Shown here piece after piece: positions 34,677-47,914 of a stretch of 64,000 bases of DNA (within the stretch, counting starts at the first letter, position 1; each line of letters opens with the position of its first letter). A program made the translations under genes and the position numbers. The notes under the pieces were generated by a model. The model had not been told where the DNA came from, made no database searches, and was given only the letters and a program-made list of their open reading frames with translations. This stretch comes from Yuukianura sp. NJ FZ-2021. Taxonomy: Eukaryota. The DNA lies in NCBI GenBank assembly GCA_046563655.1, contig CM102283.1:3286001-3350000 (forward strand), given 5' to 3'.

Positions 34677-35515
34677 ATGATTGGCCAGTATTTTGCAGTA
34701 TTTTCACTTGTTGTCCTTGTGGTTCTTCCGCCATGTTTAGTTGCTGAACTGTCCAAGTGCCTGGACCTCAAACAAGTCAAAATCGATAAAAATTTTGTAA
34801 GTTAGCAAAAACTACTTGAGAAATTACAGAAAAAAACTTGTTCCTTAGCCGAATATACTGACAGTCTCGTTTTTGAATTGCAGCGTCAGAAGTTTCTGAG
34901 TGGAAGAGTATATTTTCCAATGGGCCAGAAGTTGGATATCCTTGACAATCCGGATTTTGAAGTTGACCATCCCGTGTTCCCTCCAATCCAAGATGGCGGC
35001 CGGCCGAAGTGTTTTGGCCTAACCGTGAGACATTACGCAGTAGAAGGCAAGTTTGAGGGAAGCGAAACTAAAAAACTTCCGTTCAACTGCATCCGGGACA
35101 CGGAGAACAAAGTTTTCTGTCACTTGAACACCAAGGCTACCAAGGACACTTCCCATATGGTTCCCCTGGAGCGTAAGTTAATCGTAATCCTAAAACTTGA
35201 GGAAGTTAATCAACTACTTAAGTAATTGACCAATTACTAACAGTATGGGGGTCAGCAACTGTTGTGAAGACGGACAATCGAGAGTACATGCTGGTTGTCA
35301 GTTGCAATTCAAATAAAAAACCGTCCTGGATCCTACTCCACCGTTACGACACGATTCCACTGGAACTGGAGCAGGAAATAAACGATTTTGTGTCGAAATT
35401 TGGATTTGACACCCAAAATTCCTTCAGTGTCCGAAACCCTCAAAAAGTCGTACTTCTTTGGATGGACATGGAATCCAAGTGTCCCAAAAACGTTTGGCCA
35501 CCACAAGTCCAGTGA
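34677..35515 (+). CDS. Small secreted protein, possibly lipocalin-fold (3 exons)
   Basis: Signal MIGQYFAVFSLVVLVVLPPCLVA; early Cys; KTDNREYMLVVSC resembles the lipocalin TDY motif; Cys near the C-terminus. Confidence 0.55.
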
Positions 35516-35660
35516 TAACGGTTATATCAGCTGATGATGGACATGGACAATGGAGTAAGAAACTACGATTAAGATTGAAATTTTGAATAAATCATACCAG
35601 TGATTTAGTTGGTGTAATTAAGAAAAGGAGTGTTTTTAATTTCCAAGGAGTCGACAACAT

Positions 35661-36669
<1,009 letters not shown>

Positions 36670-37413
36670 TTTCGTATAAAATTAAGTATACTAAAAAGTA
36701 ATCGACAGTTGGATTCAATTGATCAATTGAATTACCGAATTGGCCGGAGCGGACTCCAAGTAACCACGTTCACTATTCAAAAATTCACAAATTGTATTTT
36801 AAACATGTTCATTTTCCCACTCACAGAGAGCGCTAGTAAAATTCACTTATTGTTTTACCGAATCCTATCCCATTTCGGCACTGTATTCCGCAATTTCCTT
36901 CTATTTTAGTTGGCAGTGCCCAAATCGTATTGGATACTGAAACTCAAGTTTCACCGTAAGTGTTAAGTGCTGACTTTCACTTTTCACACCTTTAAATCAC
37001 GGTGAAAGCGAAAGTCTTTCACCAAGCGTCGTTTTCTTATGAATACGAAACTTTTTTTTTTAATTTTCGGATTTCTAAAAGAGTTTTCAGAACATAAAGA
37101 GTGAAATATTGAATTGAAATTAAAAATTTTGAAACTAGTATTATTGCCTCCTTTAACACTATACAGAACATACGATTTTTTTATACAAATCAACTTTAAA
37201 CCTCAAACTTAAAGAAAAAAGTTAATAAAACCGGAAACCACAGCGGAAAAACTAAAACTTCGTTTTTAACTATTTTATTTTTGTGCAAAGGCAATTTTCA
37301 TACGTGTGTTTTTGCTGTAGGTTTTTGATCTGTTGAAAATTTAGTCGTACATTACCAAATTTGAAAGAATTTGAAAATTTTGATTTTGGCTGTTTCTGAA
37401 CAGAGTTGAGAAA

Positions 37414-38685
37414 ATGGAGGTTCGACAATCCGTGATCACCGGATCCATTTTGGGAGTAAGGGAATCTAAACTTCAAAATTTTATTTTATGAAGAACAGTT
37501 CTTGAAAAACGGTGTCTAAAATTCAAATTTTATGTTTTTTAATGAATTTTTTGCAGCTTGCTGGAATTGGTACACTGATTGTGAGCATAATCTTTTGCAT
37601 TTACACAAGAAATCAAGAAATTGGCGTCTGCGTTTTTGAAATTGGATTTGACTATGCCGTTCATTCTCAAAACGGATCTTACATGGGGTCAAACGGCTTT
37701 CGCCTTTCGGAACCAATTCGGAAACTCCCACCAAGATTATTTTACGAGGAAGCGCATTCAGAGTACGACGCAGATGCTGAACAGCTTGGGCAAGACCTAA
37801 ACTTTACTCAAGGTCAACACCATTCGGCTCCTAGGGTCAACCAAGGTCAAAATGATCAGTTTGACCCCAGAGTCAGCCAAGGTCAAAATGATCAGTTTGA
37901 CCCCAGAGTCAGCCAAGGTCAACACGTTCAGGCTGACCCCAAGCAAGGTCAAAATCAGGATCAACATGGTCAGTTTGACCGCAACCAAGGTCAAGGTCAA
38001 GGTCACATTTGCACATGGACAACTTCAGTTGCTCAAGTGGGGTCACAGATGACCAAAGCTAGGAAGACAGAACAAATTGAAGAAAGCACACCATCAAAAT
38101 TTGCATACTTTTTACTCCAAGAAAACTCTTCACTTTTGGTCAAAAGTCCGCTCGATGGTAAACTTTTTGTCAAATCCTACATTTTCCGGTTTTGGCAAAC
38201 TTCGATAATCGGAATCGTCGCTTCTCTGGCTCAAATCGGAGTGTCACTGGCCTACGTCTTTTTGAAAAAAAAAGTAAGTCCAAAAAAGTCAAAAAATTGA
38301 GAAAGGTCAAAGGTCAATTTTTAAAATTTTTGCATTTTTTAAATTTCAGAACATTCCTTCCATGTCGGCCTTCTTCTACTCCTATTTTTTCATTTTCCTC
38401 ACCAACTTAACCTGTTTTTGTCTCGTTTTAAATGGAAAACCAAATCAGCAGTATGCATCCTTGTCCAAGGAAGGGTACCGTCGTGCTACTGGTGACATTT
38501 TCGCACTTATCTTAGGATTAGACTGTCTCCTCATCCTTGTTTTCACCATCTTGACCTGCGTGACCTGCAACACTGAAGAGTACTCGGATAGATGCATTGA
38601 CGAAGATACTTGCAACAGAGCCAGATCTGCAAGACAGATTTTTAGCACTGCCGCCGCAAGCAGTACGGACAGACTCAATTCCTGA
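37414..38685 (+). CDS. Orphan four-TM membrane protein with a large Gln/Gly-repeat first loop (3 exons)
   Basis: MEVRQSVITGSILG|LAGIGTLIVSIIFC...QGQNDQFDPRVS repeats...IIGIVASLAQIGVSLAYVF|...IFALILGLDCLLILVFTIL. Confidence 0.7.
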
Positions 38686-39724
38686 AAAGTTCAAAATTTC
38701 GAATTTTCTGAGCTCCGAATTTTCAAAACTCCAAGTTTTCCGAATTTTCAAAACACAAAGTTTTTGTCAAACCGCCAGTTTTCAAAAATGAGTTCTCCAT
38801 ATTCCAGAATTTCAAAATTTCTTGTTGGAGCATTCCGAATTTCTAAAACAGCAAGTTTTTGCCAAGTTTTCAAAACTCCCGGTTTTTCATATTCCAAAGT
38901 TTCAAAATTTTATGTTTTTAATATTCAGAATTTTTAAGTTTCCAAGTTTTCTGGGTTTTCATTTTTTTTTCATTTTATTTTCATTTAGTCTCCTGTTTCT
39001 GGTAGGCTTTTCAGAATAAGTACTAATAATAGTTTTGCTTTGTCAAAATTCGTCTAACATAATAATTTAACTTCAAGATATGTATCACGTGGGACTATAA
39101 ATTAGTACTAAAAGTTAGTACTATAAGTACTGTAAGAACTAAAAAGACTAAAAATAGCCCGAGGCCATTAGCTTTTAGCTTTTAACTTTTTAGAAGGTAA
39201 AAGTAAACCGGAAATGAGTGTTCTTTGACATTTAATTTTTATTTGGAATTTAATTACTGTGCGTTTCCTCTTTTTACCTCAAGTGCGTCAATTTTGTCGA
39301 AAAAACTTTGTCAAAAAAGTTTGTTTTTCCGTCGTGATTAAACCCTGGAAGTGACGTGTTAATCATGAGTGATAAAAATTGGCACTTTGAAGTAATGATA
39401 AACACTTATTGCACACTCTACACACCGAAGGTGACAATTTGTAATTTCACTTTTCAACGGAAACGCTTCTGGCGCATAGTGATTGTGTGAGTCAATCGGA
39501 AACGTTTAAAATTTCATCAATTTCAAAGTCCTCAAAACATTTTACACCTTCCGCCCATTCAATCATTCTTCATCTCATTTTCAAAAGTGTCACCACTAGT
39601 TCTCACCTGTGTTGAAGGTGTGAACTAATTGACTAAATTATTTAACTAATTAACTCTTGGATTAATTAACGAATTAACTTTGTTCAATTAACTAAAGTCT
39701 CTGTCTTACTACTTCGTTTTCAAA

Positions 39725-40803
39725 ATGCCTAAACCCGTACAGTGCAAAATTATCGGAGCAGTTTCGGCAGTAAGAATTTTAAAACAATTTAATTTTTTTT
39801 GAACTTGTCGAATGAAGTTTTTTCCAGTTTTTCCAGAATTTGTGTCTCACAAATCGCAAAATGCCGGAAAGTGGATTTGAAATTTTCTTAAAAAATGTCT
39901 AACTTTTTGAAATTTTTCGTTTTTTTTTGTCTAGCTTCTTGGAATTGGTGTGCTTGCTGCCAGTAGTATTTACTTGCACGAATCTACTTACGCGAAATGC
40001 AAGGAATATTACCGTGACATCGTAATTTCTCCGCAGCCAATCAACTTCGACCACCGCACGAATACTGGTGGGAATCACGGAGGCTACAATCCTCATCAAG
40101 GGCAATATCATTCAAACTACGACGACCATTATGGGGGTAGTCATGGTTACGCCAGTAGCAGCAGTGGGGCGTACGGTCAAGGTCATAGGTCAAATTACCC
40201 CGGGGGTCAAGGTCATGGGTCAAATTACCCCTATGACAACGATGACCTCGGTTACTGGCAACCAGTCTGTTCCGGAATTATTCAAAAGTACAGAGCATGC
40301 GCCATCGTTGCAATTGTGGCCAGCATTCTCCAAATTCTCATTTCAATTGTCTATGCATGTGCCTCCAAAGACGTAAGTTTCAAATCTAAAAGCAAAGCTT
40401 TTTCAAAAAGTCAAAGCCTAATAAGGTCATTTTTTTTGGAAAGGTCAAAGGTCAATTTTTTTAAATTCTTGATTTTTTTTTAATTTAGACCGTCAAAACA
40501 CTTTCTCTTGGATGGATTGTAACTCATGCAGTGATTGTACTTGCGCTGATCAGCGCTGCAGCAGTAGTTTTGGCCGAACAGCGATTGGAACCGTGGAACA
40601 GAAAAGGCGGCGAACTTTTTAAGCGAGAAGAGAGAGATGACCTGCCAGAGAAGAAATTGGGATTTGCGATTTTGGCACTTCTGGATTCATTTTTTGTTGT
40701 TTTGATGATCATTTTTGCGGCTCTGACTTTCCGAAAATCGGATTACGACAATTACGAGCCAAAAGATCTACCAAAAGCTAGAAAAAAGTTTCTCGAAAGT
40801 TAA
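39725..40803 (+). CDS. Orphan four-TM membrane protein, paralogue of 37414-38685, with a Gly/His/Tyr-rich loop
   Basis: MPKPVQCKIIGAVSA|LLGIGVLAASSIY...AIVAIVASILQILISIVYAC|...FAILALLDSFFVVLMIIF. Same intron positions as the neighbouring gene. Confidence 0.7.
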
Positions 40804-41813
40804 AAATTTTAAAATTTAAAAGAAAACTTTCAAAAAATTATGTTTAAAAAACTATTTCTCATATAACTTTTGTTCTCATTTTTTAACATTTTCCTCTTCT
40901 TGCTGTTTAAGTCTATGTATTGTAAATCAAATGGAGTCCAAAATTTAAAAATAAAAAGCCACACAGTGTAAATATTTTGCAAAAAAAAAATCCACAGACA
41001 TCTTTGTTTCAAAATTCTTTAAAAATTTTGTCGAAGCTGCGACGCACTTTGTATTTTTTGATTCACATGTCGAAGGTCATTGCTTATGCATGTATGCGCT
41101 CTTGCACGCAAAAAAGTCAAAGATTTGAAAAGTTGGAGCGGAAACTCGAGGGTAGTGATAGCTACTGAGTCTTGGAAAATACATTGACCAATGTGTTGGT
41201 CCAATTTCCTGGAAGAAGATTCAAAATAGCTCAAATGTCGACACTTTTTAAAAGTTGAAATCAAAAGTTCCTGTGCTACATACAGAAATTGAGAGCGGAT
41301 GTTGAATTTTGATTGGAGCGGGGAGCGGAAATGGAAGATTATGTCAAGATCACAACACAAGACGCTCTTACTTTAATTTGCGCAGAAGAATTGAAATTAA
41401 ACTAAGAAAAAATTAAGTTAATCAATGTAAATCCCCAACTGACTAACCTTGGTTCTACTAAACCCGGACAAACCCAAGTTCTGCAAAAATGAATTAAAGT
41501 TATGGAGCGGAAGAACATTTTTTTTTCGAAAACTTAAAAAAAAAAGAAAAAATTTTTTTTTAGAATTTAACAACAACTTTATTAGAAGTTTCTGGAAGTG
41601 AGAGACTTAAAGACTTTGGATTTCTTATCCAACACCGTCAGTCATCAACTACAGCTTGAACAACTAACAAGTTTTCAAAAAAACATAACGTAGGGACTAA
41701 GTTTCAACAAGTTTTGAAATTCTTATTTTTTTTTTGAAAAGTGCTAAAAGCAATCCAATTTTGAACTTTTTTTTTGAAAAGTGAGGTTTTGACTTTACGG
41801 CGTCCGGTACAGG

Positions 41814-44800
41814 ATGCTGTCCAGAATAGGAATCAGTATTCTCCTATCCTGTTGTTGTCTCCAGTTGTCTGGAGCTTTCAACCCGGTAAGTTTTCAAAAT
41901 TTCTGAAAAAAAAGTGAAGTTTTTTCAAAATTTTGAAAATTTGGTTTCAGATATCCCTGACTGAAACTAGTGCAAACCCAGTTGAAACAATGTTTGGCAA
42001 TGGCTACATTTGTCTACATATAACAGATCCTATTTTTGAATCTTCGCCGTCATTTCAAGCTTTGGCGGTAGAATTGGCTAAGAGATTCAACAAGGTAATT
42101 ACAACGAATTACAATGAATTAAAACAAATAATTTAAGTAATTACAATGAATTACACCAGTAATTACAAGTAATTACAATGAATTACAAATAATTCAATGT
42201 GTTTTACAGACCGTAGTAAAAGTCGGTTCGAATGAAACCGATTTCCCGCATACAGAAGCTCCTGATACGGTACAAAATTTAATTTAAAAAAAAAACGTGA
42301 CAGGGGACGATGAACCGACCGAGGATTTGTTTAAGAAAATGAAATTCTGAAAAAGATTGAAAAGTTTTGTGAAATTTTTATGGAAAATTTTTTTAATTTT
42401 GGTTTTGACTCCATTTTGAACAGGTTAGATCCCAGCGCCACCTCAACTCCGTTCCACAACAACACCGAAAACTAATCGCTCAAATTTTTTGCTTGCTTCA
42501 ATTTTTTAAATTCTTTCTCGGTCGCTTCATTGAAACCACTCACTTGCTTCATAGTCTAAGTTTGCACAGAACACAAACAAATTCAGTTTTTTTCAAAATT
42601 TATAAAATTTTGAAACTTTTTTTTTGGAATCAGGAACACTTCGAAGTGACCACAACGACTGTGCGGCCAATTGGACAAAGTTTGATTAGGAAAGCCAAGA
42701 AGCTTCTGAAGTGCGAAAAGGAAGGATTCTTCTCAAATCCCAACAATTGCACCAAGTTCTACCGCTGTGTCCAGCAAAAAGTCAAGTCAAAACCATGGAA
42801 GATTGTGGAGTTTGACTGTCCGGAGTATTTGATCTTTGACCCCAAGACAAAAGTGTGTGCTAACGCATGGGACGTTGACCCATTACCTGACTGTGTCCTG
42901 TCGGTAAGCAAAACTAAGGCAAAAGAGCAACGTCAAAGACGGCAAAAATTACGGAAAAGACATGCAAAAATTACTTCTTGTCTTTTAACTTTTTAATAAC
43001 GCCACTTTTTTATCAGCAGCTTCCAAGAGTTCAAATTTTCAAAATTCAATTGACTTTTGCTTCCAAATTGAATTTTTGCTTTAACTCAATTATTTGCTAT
43101 TTTTTGTAGGAGGAACAAATATTGGGTCTGCGAGGTCAAGGAACAACTACCACAACAACTGAAGCTCCTGATGAAGAGGTAAAATTTCAAAATCAAAATT
43201 TCAAAAAAACTCAATCAAAAAAGTTTACAACTTGGAATATTTTTGGAAATTTCAGGAACAAGAAGTGATGCCTGGCGGCCAAGATCAAATAACCGAACCA
43301 CCTCCGCTTGGACCCGGAGGTCGCGATGAGCCAACAGACGAAGGAGAGGTTTGTATTTCCAAAATTTTTCAAAATTTGAAAATTTTATATTTTGAAGAAT
43401 TTAAATATAAAAATTTAAAACAACGAAAAATGTTTTTTTTTTTGAAAACATAGATCGAAACTAAGCCGGACGAAAAGTGTGCCATGCCGGGTTTGTATCC
43501 GGACGAAGGAAATTGTCACCAGTACTTTCAGTGTTTCACTCCTGGAGGCGACATGGTCATGCGAACTTGTCCGGACAAGATGATCTTTGTACCGGACGAA
43601 GAAGAGTGTCGTCATCCAAAAGATGTCAGCCCGAAACCACCGTGCTACCACCGCAGACAACACATAAAAACCGTAGTACAGGTCAACGAAACGACTGAAA
43701 TCACGGAAGACTACGAGAAACCGGTAAGAAACGAAACGAACAATACCGATTTTTCAGAATTCATTGTGATAAATTCAAAGTTTTGATTTTTAGGATCAAG
43801 AAGGTGAAGAAGAAACGACGACAACCGAAGAACCGGAATTCTTCGACGAGTTCGATTCGACAGCAATGACTCAAGTTGTGGTCAAACCTGGCAAGACTCA
43901 CGTGATTGTCAAGAACAAAACGGTGGTAAGTTTTCAAAAAAAAACAAAATTTTATTTTTATTATTTTATTATTAATATGATTTTAAATACATTAATTGTT
44001 TTTAATAGACCGAAACTACTGAGGAGATCGAAGAAGGCGAAACGGAACCGTCACACGTGATTCCTGGCAAGAAAAAGCGAATTACCGTAAGTGTACCGTT
44101 TCAATGCCGTTTCGGTTCTGGCCGGAACTGAACTATAGTTTTGAATTTACACTATAAAGTTGGAAATAATTTAAGATTTGTATTGTATAAGTTATGGATT
44201 AATTTTCAAGTGTTTCAAAAACCGTGAAAGTTGTTTCGTTACCGGTACAGATTCCGAGACCGATTGGACCGAAACCGATACCACAGTGTGTCATGGACGG
44301 AATCCATCCACATCCAACGGAGTGTAACATGTACATGAAGTGTGTCAAACGTGGTCCGAATCTCAAGACGTTCTTCTTCCCTTGCACACCAAACGGAACG
44401 ATTTATCACCCCGAATCCGGAAAATGTGTGGAACCGAGGTCAATTCAACCGATGCCGCCGTATCCGGACTGTGTTCCGTGGGACGATGTCGTGCGACCAC
44501 AAATTGAAGAGATTTTGAATGAAGACGCCGAAGAAGAGGAGACCACGACCACTCCACGAACTCCTGGTGTCGTTCCGCCGGTCGAGGAAGGAGAAACGCC
44601 AGGTCCAGACGTAAGTTGTTCAAAAAAATTTTCCCGCTTAAACTTACTGTTTCAAACAAATTTTTGAATTTTTTGAATTTGTTGGGGTGATGTGAGACTT
44701 TTTTTTTATCCAGGACACGTTTGAAGAGACTGAAACCAAGACTCCAGATGGCGTCACGCACATCACCCGCAAGAATGTGACAACAACAATCGAAGAAACG

Positions 44801-46914
44801 GAGATCGACATTCCAGGCGAAGTGGTAAGATCATTTCAAGGTCATTGGCCATTTATCCAGCTAGCATATGGTTTTTGCCACTTTTGTCCAGCTATATCCA
44901 CTTTTGGCCGGTTTTTACCATTTTTGACCGGCTTTGAACTTTGTTTTGCATATTTTCCAATAGGTTCCAGGAAAACATACCACAACGACTCCAGCGCCAG
45001 CAGTAATTGACGGTCCTGCACCTCCACCGCCAGACGTAAGGAAAACAAAACTCTGAAAAAATTTGGAAAAAAAAATTAAAAAATTTCAAATTTGAAACAA
45101 AAAAATTAATTTGTTTTTCAATGTCTTTTTTTAAATTTTGAAAACAGTATGAGGAGGAAGACCTGAAGACCACGACCGGAGCTCCTTCACCACTGAAGAA
45201 AACGACTCCAGCGCCAATCGTAAGTGAATCGCTTCAGCGCTTGCTCAAAACTTGCCGCTTCTAAAAGCACATGCGCAGTAGATGTTAGTTTTTAGTACGT
45301 AAGGCTTTCTAGGTGTTGTTGTTGGAACGGAAGGAAAAAACGGGTAAGTTACGTCGTGGGATCTTCAAAATCAGCAAAAATATGGATTGTAGGAATTCAA
45401 AATTTTGAAATTTTCGAAACTTCATGCCGATTTTTCAGGTTTTTAATGTAAATTCCAAACCTCCATTTTGTGTAGCCATGCCAAGACGTTGACAAGGCTT
45501 GTGAAGTGTGCAAACCTTGTGGACCGTGTGAAGGTGGCTCAGATGACGAACTGGTCAAGAAGCTGACTCAAGAGAGAGACGAAGCGCGGGAAAGAATTAC
45601 GATTTTGGAAAAACAAAATACGCGCCTGGAGGCGCAAGTCAAAAAAGTTCAAAAGGAGTTGGGAGCAGCGAAGAAGGAAAAACAGAAATACGAAAACTAC
45701 ATTGCCAGTGTAAGTCGGACTTATAACAAATGAAAATTTTTCAAAATTTTGAGAAAACTTTTTGTTTTGAACAATTTTCAGATGGACAAGACAATTGACG
45801 ACTACAAGGAAGAAGTAGCTTGGTACCGTCAACACTGTCCACAACCTACGGAATTTGTTGACGACGATGACGACACTCCGAAAGCCAGAAAACGCAGGTC
45901 GCTGGATACTTCCGTGACTCCAGTAGTTTCTGAACAACCAGGACGAGTCCATGACCGGTTTGATGAAGATTTCCATGAAGTTGATTCGGTTGACACGAAG
46001 AGAAGCAAGGTCAAGAAGTTTCGTCAATTCAATCCGCGACCGATTCACGACACGGCAGAAATTGGAAGAAATGGCCGAGGATTTGGACGCGCTCCGTTTC
46101 CATCATATGATGAGGTAACACTAATCCTAAGACAACAATTCACTGTCTGACAAAGCCATCAGCTGATCATAGTTCTGCGATCGCAAGCTTGTCAGCTGAT
46201 CAGTTGTGCGATCGCAGGAAGGTCAGCTGATCAGTTTTGCGATCTCAAGATTTCCAGCTGATCATAGTTCTGCGATCGCAATATTGTCAGCTGATCAGTT
46301 TTGCGATTTCAAGATTTCTAGCTGATCATAGCTCTGCGATCGCAAGTCTTCCAGCTGATCAGTAAATTGATGGCAACATGCTGATCACTGTTGAAAATCA
46401 GCTGATCAGTAAAGTAATGGCAACATTGCCAGCTGATCACTGTTGAACGTCGCAAATCTTTCAGCTGATCAGTAGCCGATCACCAGAAAAGTCAGCTGAG
46501 TTGCGACAGCTTTTGCTAACCTTGGCCCAATTCTGATCAATTTCTTGCCTCCTTTTGTAGAGTATCGAGGAAATCTCCACGGAAATCGTTGACGAGAAGT
46601 TCGAAGGAGGTCAACGCCACCACGGCAAAGGTCATCACCAAGGTCACGGTCACCGGGACCGCTCAATGTGGTCAGCTGATCCAGAAGAGGGGTCGTTCTT
46701 CATGGCTCAGATTCCGTTTCTGATCGTGACTGTCCTTGCTGTCCTCCTAATCACAATAACTCTCCTGGGTTGTCTCGTCGTTCGAAGGCTCAATCGCATG
46801 ACGACCTTCTCCGTATCAGCTCTAGACGAATTTGAATCACAATCTCCTGCCACTTACAGACGGAGGAACGGAGTCAGGAAGTTCGGATCTACCGAAAAAC
46901 TGAGACACGTTTAA
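41814..46914 (+). CDS. Membrane-anchored chitin-binding protein (three peritrophin-A/ChtBD2 domains, mucin-like linkers, coiled coil, C-terminal TM), many exons
   Basis: Signal MLSRIGISILLSCCCLQLSGA; three six-Cys domains (CEKEGFFSNPNNCTKFYRC, CAMPGLYPDEGNCHQYFQC, CVMDGIHPHPTECNMYMKC); coiled coil at 45506-45733; RKRR; TM IPFLIVTVLAVLLITITLLGCLVV. Could be two genes. Confidence 0.7.
46158..46500. repeat. Intronic minisatellite built on CAGCTGATCA with GCGATCGC (about 30-32-bp unit)
   Basis: About a dozen CAGCTGATCA cores, with alternating sub-units. Confidence 0.85.
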
Positions 46915-47914
46915 GTTACGAAAATGTTAAAACAATAGTGGTTATTATTGTTATAAACAATTACTATGACATACACGTTTAAGCATTTAGTTGTTAGGTC
47001 GCAGGTTAAACTTATATTATTCAATCATATTTCTTTATTTTCATTTATACTAAAGTAGCGAATATTTTCGCTGTTTTTGTCCTTGACTTTGTCGATGACG
47101 CATCACTGGTTTGAGGCGTAACTGGAAGATTAAAAAGTTTGCAAAAATTTCTGTGTAGCAAATTACCTTAGCACCTTGACTGTCTTAATTAATCAAAATC
47201 AACTAATTAGTTAACTCCTCCGTAGCGGTCATTCACATTTAACGTTAGCTAGAAAAATTTCAATCTTTAACTCTGTTTCATATTCACAAAACTCGTGTGG
47301 TTTGGAAGTTCAATGTTCAAGGATTTCCTATTGACTTTGCCTGTAGTTGTAAAATGTTCAACGGTAATTGGATCAACACAATTGGTGCAACAAGCTTTAA
47401 AAAGTTTTGGCACAAAAGAAGCTGTTTTTGTAATTGTAGGAATTCGAGTTAATTCTGTTGACCTTGTTACATTTTGAGCAAATCGTGTTGATCAAATTGC
47501 TCAAATTTGGTTTAGTGCCTGTTTTTGTATTGGTAAGACTAACATATTTTTAGCTATTCTCCGACCAATCGAAATTTTTTGTTGGTGGCGTCTGTTTTTG
47601 GCCGAATCTGCTCTTGTTTGCGGTTACCTTTTTAATTATTTTATCAATTATAATTAAAAATTAGTCGGGAATTCAACTGATCTTTTACTATTCAACTACA
47701 AAGTGTATGCCAAAGGTACATTCGGTTGAGACGTCACAAGGAACACGTTTAGACGCCATGTCGGTTTTCACGTGAAGTTTCCAGGTTTTACCAGTCTGGA
47801 GTTAGATATAGTCCAAACAAGTCGGAAGTTGGACATTCAGTTCTTAAAAAAAGTTCGGCAGAGGTCATCAGAGTTCGTTGACCTCTAATAAATATTTAAA
47901 CAAAACGAGCAACA

